A DNA stretch of 64,000 nt from Deltaproteobacteria bacterium (GTDB taxonomy: Bacteria > UBA10199 > SPLOWO2-01-44-7), in the NCBI GenBank assembly GCA_023265595.1, contig JAHFSU010000002.1, positions 21,105 to 85,104 on the forward strand, written 5' to 3'. The notes under the pieces were generated by a model that saw only the letters and a program-made list of their open reading frames with translations, made no database searches and was not told the origin of the DNA. Both the position numbers and the translations under genes were made by a program. Positions 56,509 through 64,000 of the stretch are shown here, in pieces; the stretch's first letter is position 1, and every line of letters begins with the position of its first letter.

Positions 56509-57777
56509 TTAATCTGCCTGCTTTCTCAAAAATGTAGGGACATCATACTCGTCTTCCTGAAAGCCTTGCAAGCCAATTTCTTGAATCAGATCCTTAAGCC
56601 GGATCGGTTGTTCTTCCAGCTGTCTTTTGGTGACAACATAGTCCGAAACCTCAACGGTTCCCCCGTCTTCTTTCAAAGCGATTCTCGGTTGGACAGTGAT
56701 TGTCTCCTGAACGGCCGCCTGTTGTTGATTATACGTCGCTGTTTGGCCAAGACCCACCGTCTGGGTGATCTGCTTTGTTGGTTGCGCTTTTCTCCACGGT
56801 ATCTGATTCATCTTCGTCATCGGTTTATCAAAGCCGGTCGCAATAACGGTTACACGAATATCCTCGTTCATTGTATCATCGATCACGGCGCCGAACAAAA
56901 TATTCGCCTCTTCATGGGCCTCTTCTTGAATCAATTTGGAAGCCTCACTGATTTCCTTGAGGGTCATATTCTGGCCGCCGGTTATATTGATGAGAACACC
57001 GGTTGCCCCTTTGATCGACATGTCTTCCAATAAAGGCGAAGAGATGGCACGGGTGGCGGCATCAATTGCCCTGTGCTCCCCGCGGGAGACACCGGTCCCC
57101 ATCAAGGCCAAGCCGGTTTCGCTCATCACGGTTCGGACATCGGCAAAATCGAGATTGATCAGGCCATGAACCGTGATCAAGTCGGATATCCCTTTAACCG
57201 CCTGATAGAGAATCTGGTCGGCTTGTTTGAAGGCATCCAACATCGTAAGATTATCCGACGCCAAGGCGAGCAACTTCTCATTGGGGATGGTGATCAATGT
57301 ATCGACCACCTCTTTCAATTCGGCAACCCCCTGTTCGGCATGTTTTGCCCTCTGTTTTCCTTCAAAAGAAAAAGGCTTTGTGACGACACCGACCGTTAAG
57401 GCCCCCATCTCTTTGGCCAAACGGGCAATCACCGGCGCTCCGCCGGTGCCGGTTCCACCCCCCATGCCGGCGGTGATGAAAACCATATCGGCCCCTTCCA
57501 AAATTTCGGCGATGACCCGTTGGTCTTCCAACGCCGCATTTTTCCCGACATCGGGATTGGCCCCGGCTCCCAACCCTTTAGTCAATTCACGCCCAAGCTG
57601 GACTTTTGTCCCCGCCTTGTTGGCGCGAAGGGCCTGCATGTCGGTATTGGCCACAATAAAATCGACTCCTTCCAAACCGAATGTAATCATTGTATTGATC
57701 GCATTCCCCCCCCCTCCACCGACACCAAAAACTTTAATTCTGGCATTTTGTGCATCATTATCGACAAATTCAAACAT
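56509..57777 (-). CDS. ftsZ: Cell division GTPase FtsZ
   Basis: Tubulin signature GGGTGTG. 422 aa. C-terminal conserved peptide DVPTFLRK. Confidence 0.95.
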   Translation of the reverse strand: MFEFVDNDAQNARIKVFGVGGGGGNAINTMITFGLEGVDFIVANTDMQALRANKAGTKVQLGRELTKGLGAGANPDVGKNAALEDQRVIAEILEGADMVFITAGMGGGTGTGGAPVIARLAKEMGALTVGVVTKPFSFEGKQRAKHAEQGVAELKEVVDTLITIPNEKLLALASDNLTMLDAFKQADQILYQAVKGISDLITVHGLINLDFADVRTVMSETGLALMGTGVSRGEHRAIDAATRAISSPLLEDMSIKGATGVLINITGGQNMTLKEISEASKLIQEEAHEEANILFGAVIDDTMNEDIRVTVIATGFDKPMTKMNQIPWRKAQPTKQITQTVGLGQTATYNQQQAAVQETITVQPRIALKEDGGTVEVSDYVVTKRQLEEQPIRLKDLIQEIGLQGFQEDEYDVPTFLRKQAD

Positions 57778-57817
57778 AATATCCTCCCCTGCCTCGCCAT
57801 GGGCGGGCTTATAAAGA

Positions 57818-59044
57818 TTAGAAAATATCGGCCAGCCATTCCTTCATCCGGCCTTTCACTTTGTGATAAACATTGTACTCACGGGTCCGAAATCGTTCTC
57901 CCTGCTGTTTTTGTTTGAGACCGATTTGAATTAACCCAACACCGGTGGCAAACATCGGACTTTTGACCACATCGACGAGGCCTCCGATATTGTGCGGCAA
58001 TCCCCGTCTGACTGGAAGATGAAAAACCTGCTCGGCCAATTCGGGCCCCCCATCAATAATGGTTGTCCCCCCGCTCAGTACAATCCCTGCGGCAACAAGA
58101 TCTTCACAGCCGGCCCGGACAATTTCCTGCCGAACCAGACTGAAAATCTCTTCTAATCTCGGCTCCACAATCTCCGCCAAAATCTGACGGGATACGATGC
58201 GTGGATTCCTCCCCCCCACACTCGGCACTTCGATCGTTTCATCCTTCGAAACAAGCGACGTCAATGCACAACCATATTTCTGCTTGATCCTCTCCGCCTC
58301 ATGCGCCGGCGTACGAAGTCCTACGGCCACATCGTTGGTAATGTGGTTGCCCCCCAAAGCCAAGACACTCGTATGAATCAAGGCCCCTCTTGAAAAAATC
58401 GCGATATCGGTGGTCCCCCCGCCGATATCGACCAGCGCCACGCCGAGCTCTTTTTCATCCTGACTCAACACCGCTTCGGATGAAGCGAGCTGCTCCAGAA
58501 TGATGTCGCAAACATTGAGACCGGCCCGATTGCAACACTTGATGATATTTTGCGCCGACGTCACGGCGCCGGTTACGATGTGGACCTTGGCTTCAAGCCT
58601 TACCCCCGACATCCCGACCGGATCCTTCACCCCGTCTTGTTCATCAACGATGAATTCCTGCGGGATGACATGGATCAGTTCGCGATCGAGAGGGATGGCT
58701 ATTGCCTGAGCCGCATCGATCACCCGATCGACATCGGTAGCCTTAACCTCTTTGTCCTTAATCGCTACAATCCCGTGGCTATTAACACCCTTGATGTGAT
58801 TACCGGCGATGCCGGTGTACACTTGGGTGATTTCGCCGCCTGCCATCAATTCGGCCTCCTCGACAGCGCGACGGATAGAATTCACCGTGGCCTCGATATT
58901 GACCACCACACCCTTCCTTAGACCTCTGGAAGGGTGGGTACCGATGCCAACGATGTCTAAACCATGCTCTGTCGGTTCGCCGACGATGGTACAGACTTTG
59001 GTCGTGCCTATATCTAGGCCAACGATCCAGTTATTTTTACCCAT
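57818..59044 (-). CDS. ftsA: Cell division protein FtsA
   Basis: Actin-like ATPase motifs (GLDIGTTKV…; DIGGGTTD). Position upstream of ftsZ. Confidence 0.9.
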   Translation of the reverse strand: MGKNNWIVGLDIGTTKVCTIVGEPTEHGLDIVGIGTHPSRGLRKGVVVNIEATVNSIRRAVEEAELMAGGEITQVYTGIAGNHIKGVNSHGIVAIKDKEVKATDVDRVIDAAQAIAIPLDRELIHVIPQEFIVDEQDGVKDPVGMSGVRLEAKVHIVTGAVTSAQNIIKCCNRAGLNVCDIILEQLASSEAVLSQDEKELGVALVDIGGGTTDIAIFSRGALIHTSVLALGGNHITNDVAVGLRTPAHEAERIKQKYGCALTSLVSKDETIEVPSVGGRNPRIVSRQILAEIVEPRLEEIFSLVRQEIVRAGCEDLVAAGIVLSGGTTIIDGGPELAEQVFHLPVRRGLPHNIGGLVDVVKSPMFATGVGLIQIGLKQKQQGERFRTREYNVYHKVKGRMKEWLADIF

Positions 59045-59070
59045 ATGCCTCCTCCTTGAAAATTTTTTAA

Positions 59071-59835
59071 TCATAGTTTAACAAATGCCTTGCCTGAATA
59101 ATCGAGATCAATCCCCTGCACCTTCCCAAACCGCTCACGCACATCCGGCCAAATATTTTTGAGACGTTCCACTTTTGCCTCAAAATCCTCCTTTCCCAGT
59201 TTCACTTCGATGGGTCCCATCAGAGTGACCACTGAAAAACCGGTTGCTTCATTATAATGAACTTCTGAGATTCCGAACAACTCAAAATCACTCGAATTTT
59301 CTAAAAAATGAATCAGTTGCATCGCTGACGTGAGCGAATCCTCTCCACGAAAACCGGTCAGCACCGGAAGATCACGCGTCACCTCATTTTCAACCACCTT
59401 GAAAACAACCCCCTCATCGGAAACAAAATAGAGTTTATCGGTTAAGAGCAATGCGAACGGCTTTTGCTCCTTCACATGAATCCAGAGTATCGATGGAGCC
59501 TGTCTGCGAACGGAAACATTGGCCACCCAAGGGAGTTTCAACACATTCCGCTCTATCTCTTGGAGAGAAACCGAAAAGATATTCGTCCCTGACGGAATAT
59601 TGGCCGCGGCCACCACATCGGAAACCGTCAGTTGTTTGAGCGACCCAACCACTTCTATCTTGGCCAACGTAAAATGGGGATTGTGGGTCACCCCAAACCA
59701 GACCAACCAGCCGATAAAGAGGGCCGCCATTGCCACAAGACCAAAACGGACCGACCGCCTCATCTTTTTAAAAAACCGGCTCAGGTGATGCTTCGGCTTT
59801 TTGGCAATCTCCTGATTTTCCAGTATCGGACTCAT
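59071..59835 (-). CDS. ftsQ: Cell division protein FtsQ/DivIB (POTRA)
   Basis: 254 aa, single N-terminal TM then a POTRA-like domain. Position between ddl and ftsA. Confidence 0.7.
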   Translation of the reverse strand: MSPILENQEIAKKPKHHLSRFFKKMRRSVRFGLVAMAALFIGWLVWFGVTHNPHFTLAKIEVVGSLKQLTVSDVVAAANIPSGTNIFSVSLQEIERNVLKLPWVANVSVRRQAPSILWIHVKEQKPFALLLTDKLYFVSDEGVVFKVVENEVTRDLPVLTGFRGEDSLTSAMQLIHFLENSSDFELFGISEVHYNEATGFSVVTLMGPIEVKLGKEDFEAKVERLKNIWPDVRERFGKVQGIDLDYSGKAFVKL

Positions 59836-60785
59836 AGGGATACCCCTCCCAATTTCAATCCGGCGGTCTCCAAAATCTGTTCACACAAATCCTCAAACGA
59901 AATGCCGGCATGAGCGGCCGCTTTGGGGACAAGACTCGTCTCCGTCATTCCCGGAATGGTATTGATTTCCAAAAAATAGGCTCTCTCGTCGGCCGTCACG
60001 ATAAAATCGGCTCGGGCCACACCGTTGCAATCGATCGCGGCAAAAACTTTTTCCGAAACGACGGCCAGATGTTTCTGACATTTTTCCGAAACCCGCGCCG
60101 GCAAAATATAATCGGTCATCCCTTTCGTATATTTATGCTGGTAATCATAAAAACCGTCTTTCGGGGCGATTTCGATTGTGGGCAACGCCTTGCCATTCAA
60201 CACAGAAACGGTTACCTCTTTACCTTTGATATATTCTTCGATCAAAACTTTGCTGTCCGATTGCAACGCAAGCGAAAGGGCCTTTTTGAGTTGAGAAACC
60301 TCCGAAACAATGGAGACATTGATCGTCGAGCCTTCACGCGACGGTTTGACAACGGCAGGGATCCCGCATCGTGCATCGTGAATCGTGGAAAGAAAATCGT
60401 CGATTGTTTGGTGGTGGGCATCAAAAACAATTTCTTTCGGAACCAAAATGCCCAGATCACGGCTTAAGCTATTCAAAACCGCCTTGTCAAAGGCCAATGC
60501 CGAGGCCAAAACACCGGAGCCGGTATAGGGAAGGCGAAGCCATTCCAAAAGTCCCTGAATGCAACCATCTTCACCGTAGGTTCCGTGCAGTGCGATAAAA
60601 GCGCAATCCATCGGATTGTTCTTGAGTTGATCGACCAAGTTTTGGCCGACATCGATCGAGGCGACATCATAGCCCTTCTTTTTAAGGGCCTCAAAAATAG
60701 CTCTCCCCGTCCGCAAAGAGATCTCACGTTCTTTGGAAATACCCCCCATTAAAACACCGATCTTTTTCGACTTCCATTTTGGCAT
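59832..60785 (-). CDS. ddl: D-alanine--D-alanine ligase
   Basis: 317 aa; …KIGVLMGGISKEREISLRTG…EDGCIQGLLE… match Ddl. Confidence 0.9.
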   Translation of the reverse strand: MPKWKSKKIGVLMGGISKEREISLRTGRAIFEALKKKGYDVASIDVGQNLVDQLKNNPMDCAFIALHGTYGEDGCIQGLLEWLRLPYTGSGVLASALAFDKAVLNSLSRDLGILVPKEIVFDAHHQTIDDFLSTIHDARCGIPAVVKPSREGSTINVSIVSEVSQLKKALSLALQSDSKVLIEEYIKGKEVTVSVLNGKALPTIEIAPKDGFYDYQHKYTKGMTDYILPARVSEKCQKHLAVVSEKVFAAIDCNGVARADFIVTADERAYFLEINTIPGMTETSLVPKAAAHAGISFEDLCEQILETAGLKLGGVSL

Positions 60786-60787
60786 TT

Positions 60788-61723
60788 CTATTCCCCCACT
60801 ACTTTGATTTCTGTCTCCAGCAAAATGCCTGTTGTCTGTTTCACCTTGTCTTTAATCAGGCCAATCAAAATCAAAACATCTTTTGCCGTCGCATTCCCCT
60901 CATTCACAATAAAATTGGCATGTTTTTCCGAAACCCTTGCACCCCCCACTCGAACCCCTTTGCAACTCGCCTCTTCCACCAATTCCCAAGCCTTTTTCTT
61001 TGATTGGGCTGTCGTCGACGGATTTTTGAAAATCGATCCCAGATTGGGGAGCTCCACCGGCTGCGACAAACCTCTTTTTTCAAAAATCTCCCGCAAAATT
61101 TTCTCCAACTTCCCTCTTTCCCCCTTCTCCAATTTCATCACCGCATTCACAACCACTGTCGACGGGGGTATTGAACTTTTCCGATATTCAAATTCAAGTT
61201 TTGCTTTAGGAAGCGTCATGAGTTTTCCCTTTGCATCGCAAATTTGGACCTCTTCCAAAAGATCGGCGATCTCCCCCAAATGGGTTCCCGCATTCATGAA
61301 GACATTGCCGCCGATCGTCCCCGGAACACCGGCCAGCCGCTCGGCGCCGCCCAAACCCTGGTCGACACACCAACGGACAAATTGCTGGGTCGGCACCCCG
61401 CCTTGCGCCTGAACCCAGACATGATGGCCATTTTCTTTGGCGATGCCAAAATGGCGAAACCCTTTTGTGAGAGAAATCACAAGGCCCCGGAAACCCCCAT
61501 CTTTCACTAATGTGTTGCTCCCTTTTCCCAAAATCAGGCAGGGAATTTTTTTCTCTTTGGCCCAAACGAGAGCCTGAACCAACTCCTCTTCATTTTTGGG
61601 CCAAATCATGGCATCGGCCGGTCCGCCGACATGAATGCTCGTAAACGGACTCAACGAAAGATCGAAGCCGATCTCTTCTGAAAACAGTTTTTTAAGTTCC
61701 TCTTTTTGTGTTGTGCTGAACAT
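60788..61723 (-). CDS. murB: UDP-N-acetylenolpyruvoylglucosamine reductase
   Basis: 311 aa; FAD-binding N-domain (…GGPADAMIWP…) and MurB C-domain; dcw context. Confidence 0.9.
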   Translation of the reverse strand: MFSTTQKEELKKLFSEEIGFDLSLSPFTSIHVGGPADAMIWPKNEEELVQALVWAKEKKIPCLILGKGSNTLVKDGGFRGLVISLTKGFRHFGIAKENGHHVWVQAQGGVPTQQFVRWCVDQGLGGAERLAGVPGTIGGNVFMNAGTHLGEIADLLEEVQICDAKGKLMTLPKAKLEFEYRKSSIPPSTVVVNAVMKLEKGERGKLEKILREIFEKRGLSQPVELPNLGSIFKNPSTTAQSKKKAWELVEEASCKGVRVGGARVSEKHANFIVNEGNATAKDVLILIGLIKDKVKQTTGILLETEIKVVGE

Positions 61724-63074
61724 AAAGTCTCGCCATTTTTGTTATATTTCCCGCTCCCAAAAACAGGATCATCGTTTTAGGGCCGACCCACGGTTGTAAT
61801 ACCGCCTTTATTTCATCGAGCGATTCTACAATGGCAACGGGCAATTTAGGGTGTGCCTCTCTTACCTTCATAAAAAGATTTTTGCCGCTCACCCCGATAA
61901 TTTCTTTTTCTCCGGCCGCATAGACCGGCAAAATCAGGGCCAAATCGGCCTTCCCCAAAACTTTCACAAAATCGTCCCACAAAAATCGAAGCCGCGTGTA
62001 ACGATGCGGCTGCAACACAACGGCAATTTTATAATCGGGCCACCCTTTTCGGGCCGCCGCAATCGTCGCCTCGATTTCAACCGGGTGGTGGGCGTAATCA
62101 TCGACCACAATCGGGTCTCTTTTCCCCAAAATTTCAAAGCGCCGTGAAATCCCTTTAAACTTTTTCAAACCGGACGCAATTTTTACAAAAGGGATGTCGA
62201 GTTCTCTAGCCACCGCCACCGCGGCCAAAGCATTCCCCACATGATGAATCCCCGGCTGCTCTAATTTTATTTTTCCCAAAAATTCGCCGTGATAAAAAAC
62301 GTCAAACGACATGATTTTTTCTTTTTGCCCGATATTTTTGGCTGTGTATTCGGCATCGGTTGTAAGACCATAAGTCACAATCCTTCTTTTGAGTTCCGGA
62401 AAAATTTTCCGAACCTGCGGGTGATCGGCACAGGCAACAACAGCGCCATAAAAAGGAACCTTATTCGCAAAATCGGCAAAACATTTTTTGACCTGACTAA
62501 AATCTTTGTAATTTTCCATATGCTCCGGATCGATATTGGTAATGACCGCCAACGCGGGCCCCAGTTTTAAAAACGAACGATCCGATTCATCCGCCTCGGC
62601 CACTAAAAACTCCCCCTTGCCCAACCGGGCATTCGTTTTGAGGCTGTTGACTTTTCCGCCGATAATGAGCGTCGGATCGAGGCCGGCCTCCTGCAAGACG
62701 GTTCCGATCATCGACGTCGTGGTTGTTTTGCCGTGGGTGCCGGCAACCGCAATGCCATATTTCATCCGCATCAGCTCGGCCAACATTTCGGCGCGCGGCA
62801 CAACCGGTATGTTCAAATTTTTGGCCTGCTTTACTTCCGGATTATTTTTCTGCACGGCGGAAGAGGTGACAACCACTTGCGCATTACGGATATGATCGCG
62901 ATGATGGCCGATAAAAATTTTCGCCCCCCGTTTTTTGAGACGGCGGGTCACAGGCGAGCGTTTCAAATCAGAACCGCTCACCTGATAGCCTAAGTTCAAC
63001 AAAACCTCTGCGATGCCGCTCATCCCAATCCCTCCAATCCCTACAAAATGAATATGTTGATACTTCTTAAACAT
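61692..63074 (-). CDS. murC: UDP-N-acetylmuramate--L-alanine ligase
   Basis: 460 aa; Mur ligase motifs (HFVGIGGIGMSGIAEVL; GTHGKTTTTSM). Confidence 0.9.
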   Translation of the reverse strand: MFKKYQHIHFVGIGGIGMSGIAEVLLNLGYQVSGSDLKRSPVTRRLKKRGAKIFIGHHRDHIRNAQVVVTSSAVQKNNPEVKQAKNLNIPVVPRAEMLAELMRMKYGIAVAGTHGKTTTTSMIGTVLQEAGLDPTLIIGGKVNSLKTNARLGKGEFLVAEADESDRSFLKLGPALAVITNIDPEHMENYKDFSQVKKCFADFANKVPFYGAVVACADHPQVRKIFPELKRRIVTYGLTTDAEYTAKNIGQKEKIMSFDVFYHGEFLGKIKLEQPGIHHVGNALAAVAVARELDIPFVKIASGLKKFKGISRRFEILGKRDPIVVDDYAHHPVEIEATIAAARKGWPDYKIAVVLQPHRYTRLRFLWDDFVKVLGKADLALILPVYAAGEKEIIGVSGKNLFMKVREAHPKLPVAIVESLDEIKAVLQPWVGPKTMILFLGAGNITKMARLYVQHNTKRGT

Positions 63075-64000
63075 CTCTTACTAATCCCAGACACAAATCG
63101 ACGATGTCGTCGGCGGCTTTGGAAGAGCCAAGCTTGTCCAAATTCGCCCGCATCGTGTTCAACGTATCGGGTGATTCCATCATTTTACGAATCACACCGG
63201 CTAAACGTTCTCCCGTCAGATGGGCCTCTTGTAAAACATGGGCTCCACCAGCCCGCTCCAAAACCATCGCATTGGTCTGCTGATGACCCGCGGCCGCATG
63301 CGGATACGGGACTAAAATTCCGGGGATCTTTAAAGCAACCAGCTCCGCCAAGGTGTTGGCACCCGCCCTTGCAATAACAAAAGAAGATTTTGAATAAAAC
63401 AGACCCATATTTTCAATGAAGGGGTGGACTTCGGCTGAAAATCCGGCTTCACGATATTTTTGTGCAAAAATTTCCGTCGGATTTTTTCTTCCGATCTGAT
63501 GGACAAAATGGATTTTGTCTTTGAGATCTTTCAAAAACGGGAGCGCCGTAACGATTCCTTCGTTAATGGCTTGGGCGCCTTGTGAACCGCCGAAGATAAA
63601 GATTGTGCTGATTGCTGATCGCTGATTGCTGATCGCTGATTGCAAAACACTTTTGCGGACCGGAACACCAAGCACCACCGTCTTTTTCCCATAGAGCTGT
63701 TTGAGTGCCGGGTTGGCCACAACCACCTTGTCGACAAAAGGTTTGAGCAGCCGGTTCGTAAGCCCCGACACAAAATTCGGCTCGATCGTCACCGTCGGCG
63801 TCCGCATCATCGAGGCCATCATCAAAACAGGGCCGGCCGAATAACCACCGGTCCCGACAACCAGATCGGGTTTCTCTTTTTTGAGCAATCGTTGCGCCTG
63901 ACGCAAAGAGCCCAGAATCCCAAAGAGGGCCCCTATTTTTTTCAAACCCTTTTTGTCAGCCAACGAGGGCACCGTGATCATTTCCAATCTCCAGTTTGTC
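63067..64000 (-). CDS. murG: MurG, UDP-N-acetylglucosamine--N-acetylmuramyl-(pentapeptide) pyrophosphoryl-undecaprenol N-acetylglucosamine transferase (3' part; the N-terminus lies beyond the window end)
   Basis: GGSQGA motif and a C-terminal GT28 domain. The track ORF starts at an internal Met; a true MurG N-terminus (GGTGGH) is not in the window. Confidence 0.85.
   Translation of the reverse strand, partial: TNWRLEMITVPSLADKKGLKKIGALFGILGSLRQAQRLLKKEKPDLVVGTGGYSAGPVLMMASMMRTPTVTIEPNFVSGLTNRLLKPFVDKVVVANPALKQLYGKKTVVLGVPVRKSVLQSAISNQRSAISTIFIFGGSQGAQAINEGIVTALPFLKDLKDKIHFVHQIGRKNPTEIFAQKYREAGFSAEVHPFIENMGLFYSKSSFVIARAGANTLAELVALKIPGILVPYPHAAAGHQQTNAMVLERAGGAHVLQEAHLTGERLAGVIRKMMESPDTLNTMRANLDKLGSSKAADDIVDLCLGLVRDV
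63604..63638. repeat. Heptanucleotide tandem repeat (CTGAT[T/C]G)x5 inside murG
   Basis: Seen directly: ctgattg ctgatcg ctgattg ctgatcg ctgattg. It encodes QSAISNQRSAIS immediately N-terminal to the conserved GGSQGA motif. Confidence 0.7.

Noticed and set aside
1-64000. CRISPR arrays, rRNA genes, insertion sequences
   Set aside because: No spaced direct-repeat arrays, no rRNA-like conserved stretches and no transposase-like ORFs or terminal inverted repeats were seen. The only tandem repeats are the 7-bp repeat in murG and the low-complexity Gly/Pro/Thr-coding region at 43680-43860.

Overview
A 64 kb chromosomal segment from a Gram-negative bacterium of uncertain lineage; it encodes an outer-membrane β-barrel/TPR porin, a secretin, a Tad pilus and an MltD-like lytic transglycosylase. 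No rRNA, CRISPR array, transposase or integrase was seen.

Conserved housekeeping blocks: tig-clpP-clpX-lon (29.5–35.3 kb), the dcw cluster ftsZ-ftsA-ftsQ-ddl-murB-murC-murG(partial) (56.5–64 kb), aroA-aroC, kbl, a TIGR01212 radical SAM gene and an Opp/Dpp-type peptide ABC transporter.

Accessory content, in window order:

(i) 1–10.5 kb, all on the minus strand: a Pel-like exopolysaccharide modification/export locus wired to a signalling module. The Pel part is a GH114-like hydrolase, a CE4-like deacetylase (PelA appears split into two genes), a PelB-like TPR + β-barrel porin, a single-domain response regulator where pelC would sit, and a partial PelD-like TM+GAF protein running off the window edge. 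Immediately upstream are two histidine kinases and four stand-alone CheY-like receivers; one kinase carries a C-terminal degenerate GGDEF domain that retains an I-site.

(ii) 38.1–45.2 kb: a toxin–antitoxin-rich island around tRNA-Leu(TAG). It holds an RHH/RelE pair with an overlapping orphan hicA, a HEPN/MNT pair and an orphan HigA-type antidote. Its centrepiece is a 1113-aa protein with a single ClpB-D1-type AAA+ module between an unknown N-terminal domain and a Gly/Ala-rich hydrophobic C-terminal domain. This is the most likely undescribed system in the window. Its promoter diverges from the HEPN/MNT operon across a perfect 24-bp palindrome.

(iii) 45.2–54.4 kb: a Tad/Flp pilus locus containing a CpaF fused to a degenerate CpaE-like domain. 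The flp pilin is driven by a textbook σ54 promoter. A near-identical σ54 promoter drives an HExxH lipoprotein gene 35 kb away, yet no enhancer-binding protein is encoded in the window.

(iv) A family of GC-rich CCCTCTTCC-N5-GGGAGAGGG hairpin repeats in intergenic DNA, with two copies apparently inside ORFs.

(v) Palindromic operator candidates, a compact 317-aa AroA abutting tRNA-Met, and a heptanucleotide tandem repeat inside murG.
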